64,000 bases of DNA, from IMG/VR virus record IMGVR_UViG_3300025316_001101; one strand, written 5' to 3'. The DNA comes from a virus (Duplodnaviria; Caudoviricetes). The notes beneath the pieces were generated by a model that saw only the letters and a program-made list of their open reading frames with translations, was not told the DNA's origin and did not search any database. The position numbers and the translations under genes are program-made. Positions 47,296 through 56,900 of this stretch are shown piece after piece; within the stretch, counting starts at the first letter, position 1; the number at the start of each line of letters is the position of its first letter.

Positions 47296-48835
47296 TGGTT
47301 TTCATTCGCTTACGCTCACTCGCTCCACTATTGAACTTTCCTTCGGAAAGTAGGGGCTTGGATTGATTAAAAATGTTTTCAACCAACCTCTTACAAGAGA
47401 AAGAATGGATTTTATCCAACCTAATTCTTGAAGGCGTATTGACAACGCCTCTACTGAGTTGAGTCCGAAGACCCTTCCCGCTACCTGATTTCAGCATAAT
47501 TCCCAATGCACCGTGCATATCAGCATTGATAATAATACCTGTACTTGACTTGAACAAACCACGCTTTATTCTTCGTCCTAAATACTCTTCGTGATGACAC
47601 ATTGGTTCATTTGCTAAATGGTCGCACTTTGAAGTATATGCTTCGTTGATGGATTTATATTCAATTCCATATAACTCACACTTACTTCGCAATTTCCAAG
47701 CAAACTTACCAAACGGAAGCATTACAAAGTTTTGGTTGTTTTTGTCTCCAATGTGACTTCCATCTTGAGCGTGCCAACCTTCACCAATTACCACTTTGCC
47801 AATTTGATGTTTAATACAAGTTTGAACAATCAAATTGACATATTGATTGAGATGTTCGTTCAATCTACGATTTCTTTTATCCTCCATTGTTCGCATACGC
47901 TTACTTGATTTTTGTCCTTGTGTTTCCAGTATTGATTGTAGTCTTGCTCTCTCCTTATTATACCATTGATTTATGGATTTCATTCTACGCCCGTCTAAGA
48001 TAAACGAGTGTCCAGTTTTACTGTCAAGGCAAGTGGCGAAATTACTTACGCCAGGATCAATACTCAATACACGACTTTTTTCAAGTTTTGGATGTTCTTG
48101 TTCAACTTCATACACAAACTCAATCTCAAAATGCTCTGCTTTACTCTTTGGAAGAATGCGAACCTCTTTTATCCGATTGCCTTTGACATTCGGAGGGATT
48201 TGATACACAAACTTCTTGAACTTATACTTACTTCGTAAATCTTTTGGCACTGCTACACTAAAATGTTCAACACAATTTCGCTGTGGAAATATACAGAGGA
48301 AATGTCCATCTTTGGGAAGAAAATGAGGTTTTTTGACTGGCTTGTTGTAATTGCCATGTTGTTTCTTTTTCAAAAGTCCAAAGAAAGAACGAAAACAGCG
48401 TTCTACTATTTTCATTGTTTGTTGAGAGGCATCAGTTCCAAGTGCCTTATATTCAGGTCTTACTTTCATTACATGGTACGCACTGTTGTAGGTCAAAAAT
48501 TCTCCGCATTGACCAAAGTGATTGTTAGTTTCCCACAATGTAGAATTGAAAAGATTTTTGCTACGGCGACACATATCACGCCAAAACCTAAATTGGCTTC
48601 TATCCAACTTCATCTTATTCTTTTGGACTTTGAACATCTCATACTTATATAGTATGATTGCTCATAATTTTTTTATGAATTCTAAATTATTTTGAAATTA
48701 TTTTTATTATGGCGGCTTACATCCCACTACCCTAAAGAGGTTCGCTCTGTTCGTTCGGTCGTTCGCCTACGGCTAACTTACTCACTCACAGAACAAACAT
48801 TCCTTTGGAATGTAGGGGTTTCACGCCGCCCCCAG
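47263..48835 (-). mobile_element. non-autonomous IS200/IS605-family element 2 (TnpB only)
   Basis: Right end ...CTCTTTAGGGTAGGGGTAATTGAC; left end homologous to element 1 and preceded by TTCAT; removing it rejoins the host ORF as KDV-MNF-stop. Confidence 0.85.
47279..48637 (-). CDS. tnpB: RNA-guided endonuclease TnpB (IS1341-like clade)
   Basis: SKNLFN, IKEVRILP, RuvC-I LSIDPGVSN, VVIG, NNQNFV..PF, EAYTSKC, RIKRGLF, INADMHGA. Confidence 0.92.
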   Translation of the reverse strand: MFKVQKNKMKLDRSQFRFWRDMCRRSKNLFNSTLWETNNHFGQCGEFLTYNSAYHVMKVRPEYKALGTDASQQTMKIVERCFRSFFGLLKKKQHGNYNKPVKKPHFLPKDGHFLCIFPQRNCVEHFSVAVPKDLRSKYKFKKFVYQIPPNVKGNRIKEVRILPKSKAEHFEIEFVYEVEQEHPKLEKSRVLSIDPGVSNFATCLDSKTGHSFILDGRRMKSINQWYNKERARLQSILETQGQKSSKRMRTMEDKRNRRLNEHLNQYVNLIVQTCIKHQIGKVVIGEGWHAQDGSHIGDKNNQNFVMLPFGKFAWKLRSKCELYGIEYKSINEAYTSKCDHLANEPMCHHEEYLGRRIKRGLFKSSTGIIINADMHGALGIMLKSGSGKGLRTQLSRGVVNTPSRIRLDKIHSFSCKRLVENIFNQSKPLLSEGKFNSGASERKRMKTTIEPL

Positions 48836-48851
48836 ATGAATTTCTAGGCAG

Positions 48852-48881
48852 CAAACCGCCCGGCCTTGGCCGGGCGGTTTG
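48852..48881. terminator. bidirectional terminator, CGCCCGGC family
   Basis: CAAACCGCCCGGCC-tt-GGCCGGGCGGTTTG. Confidence 0.75.
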
Positions 48882-48883
48882 TC

Positions 48884-49519
48884 TTAAATCGATTGAGACT
48901 CTTTGCCCCATGCTTCCATTGGCAAATCCTTCAATTCATAATTAGATGCAATGGTTGTTCGGATTTCTCCGCACTTACTGCATACTCGTTCGCACACGTA
49001 GGTTTTTTTGAAAAACCACGGTGAATGAACAATTTTATCTTCTGGAATCTCTTTCTTGGAAAACGATCCTGGTTTGCATGGACTATTAGCTGCCAATTGT
49101 TCATAAGCAGAGCTAATTGATGCCGCTTTCTTTTCTTCCCAACTGTGACGACATTCGCTTTTAGGTTCTGGCGGGAATACCGGCTTAGGGGGAGGCGGTG
49201 GAGGAGTAAATTCAATGTCTTCTATGGTTTTGTCAATACTACCACAGGATCGGCATTGGAGAATGGTAACCATTTTCTGCCGTTGATCATTTTTCAGAAT
49301 CTCATCTTTAATCACTTCCCATTGATGTGAGCAAGCGGTCGCTGCCAATCCTGGCGGCAATGTGGTGGTGCCTTCGAAAGGTTTAACTGGTTCTGGACAA
49401 TATTTTGTAGTCTTTTTGAAGGCACTAATGCCGTCTGCAAGCTTATTTGCTATCATTAGGAGCACAAAAATAATAATCGTACCCACAATTCCTATTGTGA
49501 TTTCCATTCCGCTCAACAT
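48884..49519 (-). CDS. membrane-anchored protein with two CxH.W...CxxCG Zn-binding repeats
   Basis: N-terminal TM; CSHQW..CRSCG and CRHSW..CSKCG; upstream TTTACG-N17-TATAAT. Confidence 0.65.
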   Translation of the reverse strand: MLSGMEITIGIVGTIIIFVLLMIANKLADGISAFKKTTKYCPEPVKPFEGTTTLPPGLAATACSHQWEVIKDEILKNDQRQKMVTILQCRSCGSIDKTIEDIEFTPPPPPPKPVFPPEPKSECRHSWEEKKAASISSAYEQLAANSPCKPGSFSKKEIPEDKIVHSPWFFKKTYVCERVCSKCGEIRTTIASNYELKDLPMEAWGKESQSI

Positions 49520-49622
49520 GGTTCTCTCCTGTTAGAATTGTCTCTAAAGCCAGTTTGTTATTATACCCTCAAAAGTCTTTCACGTAAAGACTAGATAAAA
49601 GAGTAGAAAAATGAGGGGTGTA

Positions 49623-49919
49623 ATGCAATTCAAAGATTGGTTTCAAGAACAACTTTATCTAGAAATCTTCGAACCGGAAGAAATTGATGCTTTTGAGCCG
49701 GAAGATGGCCGATGGGATCAATCTCCCGAAGAGGACTCGTCTTCGCACACCTTCAGATTTAACGTAAAATCCGATCCAGATAAGAATTGTGGCTATTCTG
49801 ATCAGTCAACTCCATGTTATCACGTTTCCATAAGCAGGGATGGATATATTGATTTTGGTCATTCAAGAACGGGAACGGCCGATAGGTTTGGGCAACGAAG
49901 TGGGGAAAGGCGTAAATAG
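49623..49919 (+). CDS. CTS-bearing hypothetical protein, paralog of 46927
   Basis: MQFKDWFQEQ; shared F..EEID...DG.W...H.F.FN...DP.K.C...I.F.H...G..DRF; CTAGATA upstream. Confidence 0.65.
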   Translation: MQFKDWFQEQLYLEIFEPEEIDAFEPEDGRWDQSPEEDSSSHTFRFNVKSDPDKNCGYSDQSTPCYHVSISRDGYIDFGHSRTGTADRFGQRSGERRK

Positions 49920-50028
49920 TAAAAATACGAAGTGGCACGCTGTCACAACGGCCAGTGCAATCGCATAATGCAAGAAAGAAATTCTCAAACAAAAGACTAA
50001 ATAACATAGATTTATAAGAAGGAGTATC

Positions 50029-50328
50029 ATGGCTGCAATACCGTTAGACACCCCAGAAGTCGTACCAGCAGTACCAGAAAAGACATATGATCTTTTGTGG
50101 TTATCACAAGTTGTTATCATGGCAAATGATCCTAATCGAACCGTTCGAGTGCAAGGCAAAATAGACAAAGGAAGAATCCTAGAAGATGGAAAAACTTGGG
50201 AACTAAAACCCGGTGGTTCTACCGATGTCGTTATTAACGATTTCTTTGCCGAAGCAGAAAAAGATCCTGAACTTGCTACAATCATGGGCATGATCCTATC
50301 GCAATTCAAAACTAGATCTGGCCTGTAA
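50029..50328 (+). CDS. 99-aa protein, copy A (candidate fibre assembly chaperone)
   Basis: 63/99 identical to 60487..60786 by manual alignment; CTAAATA and AAGGAG upstream. Confidence 0.75.
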   Translation: MAAIPLDTPEVVPAVPEKTYDLLWLSQVVIMANDPNRTVRVQGKIDKGRILEDGKTWELKPGGSTDVVINDFFAEAEKDPELATIMGMILSQFKTRSGL

Positions 50329-50356
50329 TTAATAAGTCACATCAAGAATTCTATCT

Positions 50357-50390
50357 AAGCTCAATGTCGGCATCCGCCGACATTGAGCTT
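50357..50390. terminator. hairpin, CAATGTCGGC family
   Basis: AAGCTCAATGTCGGC-atcc-GCCGACATTGAGCTT. Confidence 0.8.
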
Positions 50391-50508
50391 TTTCAATAGT
50401 TGTTTGAAAATAACATCTTGCGATGTTAAATAACTAATGTAATTATCAACAACTTTCATATATAATCATAGTTAAGCAACTATACTGCCCTAGTATTTGG
50501 AGCAAAAA

Positions 50509-53500
50509 ATGGCACATTGTTTTATAGATTATAATAGCGGACAAATTAAACGAATCGATCCAGCCATTACAGATTTTAGTTTACCGGTAGCAAATATAGA
50601 CATGAGTTTGAGGTGTTTATCTGACTGTAAAGCGGATAAACACTGTGTTGGCGGTGTTCGTGCTGTGGCTACCGTAGGTACAACTGCAAATACCTGTGAT
50701 TTAGACAATAGTTGTTGTGGTGGATGTTGTTTCCTGACAGCGGCTTGTGGTGTAACTACCGTCAATGGTGCAAGCGGCATGATTACTTTAGCTGCTATAT
50801 CTGGTCAAGGATTGGCTTGTCAGGCTATTAATTGCAACTATTTTTGCAATGTTCTTGCTGGCGGAACCACAGGTCAAATTCAATATAATTGTAACAATGG
50901 ATTTTGTGGAGCAGCAGGACTTTGTTTTAATGCTTCTAACAATAGTGTGGCTATGGGGGCTTCGTCGGCTAGTGGTAATTGTTCTCATGCCGAAGGGTCA
51001 AGTTGTACTTATGGCTGTTTTTCGCATGCCGAAGGGTTGGATTCTTGTGCGGTTGGTCATTATTCTCACGCTGAAGGCGGGTGTGGCAAAGCAATAAACA
51101 TGGTTTCTCATGTTGAAGGTTTTTGTAATTGGGCCTGCGGCAGCGGCACTCCAGGTATTCATGTCGAAGGATTTTGTACACGTGCTGATTGTATAGGAGC
51201 CCATGCTGAAGGATTTTGTACTGTCGCTTGTGGCATAGGAGCCCACTCTGAAGGATCTGCTTGTGGAGTGACATATAATTGGGCCGATGGTTGTGGCGCT
51301 CATGTCGAAGGATTTTGTACATGTGCTTATTGTACAGGAGCCCACGCAGAAGGATTTTACGCCTGTGTTTGTGCTTGTGCAGCCCACGCAGAAGGATTTT
51401 GTACATGTGCTTGTTGTGCAGGATCTCACGCTGAAAACTGGTGTAGCAAGGCACTTGGAATCGCATCTCATGCTGAAGGAACTACTTGTGCTACTAATCT
51501 TGGTGCTCATGCTGAAGGTGGAGTGAATTTAGCAAGCCAAATCATCTTTTCATGTGCTTGTTTTGAAGCGTCACATGTTGAAGGATTTTGTAATTGTGCA
51601 TGTAATTGTGCAACCCACATTGAAGGGGTTGCTAATTGTGCAATAGGTTTAGCAGCACACATGGAAGGCATGGGGTGTACCAGTTCATGTGTGCAAATTG
51701 CACATGGAGACTATTCTCATGTCGAAGGATATACCAATCGAAACATTTTTGGTTTGGCAGGGCACACAGAAGGATGTTGTCAGTGTATATGTAATGATGC
51801 TGTTTGTTTTAGTCATGTTGAAGGATTTCAAAACTTGTTATCGAGTTGTAGTTCTAACACTAGATGTTGTAGCTGTTGCTCTGTTGGTACAAAAACGGGT
51901 ACTGGTTATTGGTGGGATTTCGGTGCAAACTGGGGGGTTATAAAACTTGCTAATCCTTCAACCATTACTGGATGTTTATCGTGTAATTGCGGAGGGACAT
52001 ATTGTACAGCACAAACTCTTGCATTTCATCCTAATGGATTTTGCGTTTGTGCTTCTGGCACAAATAACACCTGCATTATAGGCTCAACTACTTCAAGTAC
52101 ATTGGTGCCGGTTTATTTTCACCAATGCTCATCCACATTTTCCAGTGGTGGTGGTTGTGTATTTTTACCAATTGCATGCACTGATGGGTGTAACGTAAGA
52201 CTTACTATTAATTTTCAAATGCCAAGTCAAGCTCATGCCGTCCACGTAGAAGGATGTTGGCAGGGTAATTATGGTGCTGGTAATCCCGCTGATAAAAATA
52301 TGAATGCTCTACACATGGAAGGATGTTGTCAACATATAAACATGGGCTGTGCTGGTCATCCAATGATGGCTACACATATGGAAGGATTTTGTAATGGTAC
52401 TTGTGCATCTATTGGTTTTCACATAGAAGGTACTTGTCATTGTGTGGGTACGTGTGGTCACTTTTCTCACCTAGAAGGGGCTGGCCCTGGCTACACTCCA
52501 ATTAATTGTCTACAATATGCTCATGTAGAAGGATATAAAAACTGTAGTCTAGGCGGCACCGCTGTATACACTTGCGGACTACACCTTGAAGGGTTTTGCT
52601 CGGCTATTTGTGCTAACAATGCTACTTGTATTGTTTGTGGAGCCCACACAGAAGGAGGACTGTCTTGTGTTGGTGGTATTGCCGCCCATGCAGAAGGATA
52701 TGGTAGTAAGGCTCTTGGATTTGCTTCTCATGCGGAAGGATGTTGTACCTCTGCTTGTAATAATTACTCACATTCAGAAGGAAAGTCAACAATTGCCGGA
52801 AACGCTACCGCTAGCATAAATGTTCAACATGCAGAAGGATCTCTAACTGCTGCGTGTGGATTTGCTTCACATGCAGAAGGAAATCTAACTACTGCGTTTG
52901 GAATGGCTTCACATGCAGAAGGAGCTTCTACCGTTTCTGGAAGTGGCGATTTCCAAGGACCAGCTTCACACGCTGAAGGGCTTTGTACCACTACTTGTAC
53001 TTTGTGGTACGCTCATGCAGAAGGATGTTGCTCATGTATTTGTAGTCTTGGTCACGCTGGACACGCTGAAGGGTGTTGTACGCAGGTTTGTTCTTGTGCA
53101 GGACATGCTGAAGGGGCTTGGTCAAAATCATTGAATACTGCTGCTCATGCAGAAGGTAAAGGAACTTTTGCATGCCAAGATTCATCGCACGCAGAAGGGT
53201 TCTGTTCTTGTGCTAAGTGTCAAAGCTCGCACGCAGAAGGGTGCTGTTCTTTGGCAGATGCTTGTCATTCACATGCTGAAGGAAGATTAACTTTTACTTG
53301 TAGTCCAAGTAGTCACACTGAAGGAGTTTGCTCATTTATTTTAGCAAATTCTTGCGGTGGACACGTTGAAGGATTTTGCACTGGTTTAACTACCACTGGA
53401 GCAAAAGCTGGACACGCTGAAGGATGCTGTTCTCTCGCTAGGACGGCAGGACAACATGCTGCCGCCAATTGCGGGTTTTCCACTCTGGGCGATGCTCAAT

Positions 53501-53889
53501 ATAGTCGATATGTATTTAAGGCACAAACTATTAATGCGGCTCCTGTAACTCTTGCAACAGATAGTGTTACTGGATATGGGATGATAATGCCTGGATCTAA
53601 AGCAACAATTATGTTTACCATAAGAGTGGCTGCTCATCATTGTACTGGCAACACTGCCGCTGGTTGGTATTTTAGAGGAACACTGGTCAATACCGATGGA
53701 ACACTTAGATTCATCAACAACTCAGACGTAGCAGTAAATTCATGGAATAATTTGGGTGTAGGAAGTACCGTAACATTAAGCACATCGTCTTTTAATCCTG
53801 TTATGTTTAATATTGCAGCAACAGGAGTTGAGGCCAATACTATAAATTGGGTGGCTGTAATGGAAACTTCAGAAGTTAGTGTGGCATAA
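50509..53889 (+). CDS. Cys-rich HxEG-repeat fibre/adhesin protein 1 (YadA/Hep_Hag-like beta-roll)
   Basis: Tail-fibre-type N-terminal motifs (VATVGTTANTCDL, VTTVNGASG, GQIQYN); dozens of SHAEG-type repeats; central non-repeat insert; C-terminal GDAQYSR domain. Confidence 0.8.
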   Translation: MAHCFIDYNSGQIKRIDPAITDFSLPVANIDMSLRCLSDCKADKHCVGGVRAVATVGTTANTCDLDNSCCGGCCFLTAACGVTTVNGASGMITLAAISGQGLACQAINCNYFCNVLAGGTTGQIQYNCNNGFCGAAGLCFNASNNSVAMGASSASGNCSHAEGSSCTYGCFSHAEGLDSCAVGHYSHAEGGCGKAINMVSHVEGFCNWACGSGTPGIHVEGFCTRADCIGAHAEGFCTVACGIGAHSEGSACGVTYNWADGCGAHVEGFCTCAYCTGAHAEGFYACVCACAAHAEGFCTCACCAGSHAENWCSKALGIASHAEGTTCATNLGAHAEGGVNLASQIIFSCACFEASHVEGFCNCACNCATHIEGVANCAIGLAAHMEGMGCTSSCVQIAHGDYSHVEGYTNRNIFGLAGHTEGCCQCICNDAVCFSHVEGFQNLLSSCSSNTRCCSCCSVGTKTGTGYWWDFGANWGVIKLANPSTITGCLSCNCGGTYCTAQTLAFHPNGFCVCASGTNNTCIIGSTTSSTLVPVYFHQCSSTFSSGGGCVFLPIACTDGCNVRLTINFQMPSQAHAVHVEGCWQGNYGAGNPADKNMNALHMEGCCQHINMGCAGHPMMATHMEGFCNGTCASIGFHIEGTCHCVGTCGHFSHLEGAGPGYTPINCLQYAHVEGYKNCSLGGTAVYTCGLHLEGFCSAICANNATCIVCGAHTEGGLSCVGGIAAHAEGYGSKALGFASHAEGCCTSACNNYSHSEGKSTIAGNATASINVQHAEGSLTAACGFASHAEGNLTTAFGMASHAEGASTVSGSGDFQGPASHAEGLCTTTCTLWYAHAEGCCSCICSLGHAGHAEGCCTQVCSCAGHAEGAWSKSLNTAAHAEGKGTFACQDSSHAEGFCSCAKCQSSHAEGCCSLADACHSHAEGRLTFTCSPSSHTEGVCSFILANSCGGHVEGFCTGLTTTGAKAGHAEGCCSLARTAGQHAAANCGFSTLGDAQYSRYVFKAQTINAAPVTLATDSVTGYGMIMPGSKATIMFTIRVAAHHCTGNTAAGWYFRGTLVNTDGTLRFINNSDVAVNSWNNLGVGSTVTLSTSSFNPVMFNIAATGVEANTINWVAVMETSEVSVA

Positions 53890-53911
53890 AAAATAATTGG
53901 AGTAATATAAA

Positions 53912-56900
53912 ATGTCAATATATTGTTTTTGTGATTATTGTTCCGGGCAGGTAAAATGCATATCCCCTGAACCAACGAATCAGACTACACCTTCTTGGGC
54001 TATAGACGTGAGCTTAAAGAATCTATCTGATCAAAAGCAAAATAGTAGTGATTTATGCTTATTTGCCACTACTGGTAAAACTAGCGATCTGACCAATGGA
54101 GCAGGATTTTTAACTAGTGTTACTGGCGTAAGTTGTATTTTTAATGGAAGTTATTTATGTGGAGATGTTACTTTGGCCACAATAGCAGTTAGTGGAAAAA
54201 GTAGTGACTTAGTGAATACTCCTGTTACATTCTTCACCCCTAGCAGTATTATTGAAGGAGTATCTGGGAATGGCAAAGTTCAATATAATAATACTATTGG
54301 AACAGCAAAAGCTATTGCAGGATCATCAATAAAATTTTCTGGGGATGATTCAAGAAATGTTACAGAATCCTGCGGTACAGTAGATATAAATGGATTTTGT
54401 AATCACACAGAAGGATTTGGATATGCAGACGGACGTTGGAATCACGCAGAAGGATCTGGATACACCGGCACAGAAGCGAATCCAGGTTGTTCAAATCATG
54501 CAGAAGGATTTTGCACTTGCGTTGCACATTGCGCAAATCATGTTGAAGGATTTTGTACCTGTATCGGTTATAATGTTGCAGCAGATGGTTACGGTGCTCA
54601 CGCTGAAGGATTTTGTACTTGTGCTTGCGCTAATTACGGTGCTCATGCCGAAGGATTTTGCACTTGTGCCATTGGTCGAGGTGCCCATGCAGAGGGAGCA
54701 GCAATAGGATATGGCACCGCTGCTGTTTATAGATACCCAACTGCTGCATCCGCTGGATCGCATGCTGAAGGTGTCGGCACTTGTGCTGCTGGCATTGGAT
54801 CGCATGCTGAAGGTGTAGCATCTCCCAATACAGATCTTGCCAATCCAGTCATTAGCGGTGGATGTGCGTGCGGTGTCGGATCGCATGTTGAAGGCGTTGG
54901 CTCCTGTGCGATGGGAGATGCTTCGCATGCCGAAGGATGTTGTACACGTGCTGATGGAGTTGCCTCTCACTCCGAAGGGTTCTGTACATGTGCTTCTGGT
55001 ATTGGAGCACATGCCGAAGGAACGTTTAGATGTGTGACAGGAACTTGCTCTACAGCTATAGTATTTAATAATGCTGCTGGTGATGGTTCCCATGCCGAAG
55101 GCATGGGAACCTGTGCTACAGGATTTGCATCACATGCTGAAGGTATAGCGGTTTCTAATGGCGATCTTGCCAATCCAGTTCTTTATCCTGTTTGTGCTGG
55201 TGGTTGTGGTTCTCATGCCGAAGGTGGAGGAACCTGTGCTCTGTCAACCGCAGATCATGCTGAAGGATATCGCACATGTGTTTGTGGGTGTATGTCACAT
55301 GCTGAAGGATTTTGCAACGTAATTTACGATAGCCAAGTCAATGGGTATCGGCCTTGTGCTTCACATGTAGAAGGATTTTGCAATATAGTCATACATTGTG
55401 TTTCTCATGCTGAAGGTTGTTGTAATATTGTAGGAAGTCAGATATCGCATGCTGAAGGCATTTGTAATCGCATCTCTGGATTTTGTGATAGTGAGGGTGT
55501 AGCCAATCACATTGAAGGTTGTTGTAATTATATAGGATTTTGTAACTGTGCTACACATGTTGAAGGATTTTGTAATGCTGCTGGATCTTGTGGTAGATTT
55601 AATCACATAGAAGGATTTTGTGGCAAAATAGCAGACACCATTGGATTCTGCGGCGTCCACATAGAAGGCATGGGTGGACTGGGATTTTGTAATGCAGTAC
55701 ACGTGGAAGGCATGTGTTTTTGCTCTAATACAAGTGTTTTTGCTGAACTTTCTTGTACTTTAGTAGCTACAAGCGGAACGGTTAGTGGATTTTGCATGGC
55801 ACGTTATGCTCCAGTTGTTACATTATCTCCATTCTGTAACCCTACACATTACGGTGCAATGATTGGATGTGTGATGTGCGGTGCTTCTAATCCACCTACC
55901 ACAGTTGTCCAATGCTTTGTTGTTGATTCTGTTGGAACGTTGTGTATTGTATGTAATTGTGGAACTCCTTCCACTTGTATTTGTCAAGCTTGTGTGCCTA
56001 CAGCTATTAATTTAACCACTGGAGCGTGGGGAAATATTCCCATGTGTGGATCAACTGGTAATGTGGCATTAAAATATTCTTATTATTGTGTACCAACCTT
56101 TATTTATAATAGAGCAAGTGATTGTGCTGCCCACGCTGAAGGCGTGGGCACATGCGCAATGGGTTACGCATCACATGCTGAAGGCATGGCTGCTCCTTTA
56201 CAATCACATACTTACGATTCTGCGATGTGTTGTGAGGTTCTTAGTGTTCCAAATCCTGTTTGTGCTAGTTGTCGTGGTTCTCATGCCGAAGGAGGAGGAA
56301 CTTGTGCTTTGGCTGTAGGTTCACACGCTGAAGGATACAGAACATATACCGATCAATGCGGGTCTCACGTAGAGGGCTATAGAAATATTATTCAATCTTC
56401 TATTGGTTGTGGCTCACATGCTGAGGGATTTTGCAATGTGTTAGGTGAGGGAGGAGCTAGTAATCTTGTCGCTGGTCACGTTGAAGGCATGTATAACGTT
56501 TATTGTTGTGCATGTTATTCTCACGTAGAAGGTTGTTGTAATGTTTTATGCACAGGCGCTAATTATACACACATGGAAGGTTATGGAAATAGAGCTACAC
56601 CAATAGCTATAGCTTCCCACGTTCAAGGCTTTTGTAATTGTATTGATGCTGCTTTTTCCCACGCTGAAGGTTGTTATACTTATGCCGGTGGAGCCGCCTC
56701 TCATGCAGAAGGCACCTGCACCCGTGCGGGTGCAGGTGCTTCCCATGCCGAAGGGTGTGGATCATGTGCTTGCGGGATTGCTTCCCACGCCGAAGGATGT
56801 TGTACACGTGCTGATGGGGTCGCCTCTCACGCTGAAGGGTTTTGTACATGTGCTGGTGGTGATGCCTCTCACGCTGAAGGCTATTATACTTATGCTAGTT

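Noticed and set aside
1767-48637. TnpB proteins as Cas12f CRISPR effectors
   Set aside because: No repeat-spacer array or cas genes seen in the window; both have IS200/IS605 ends
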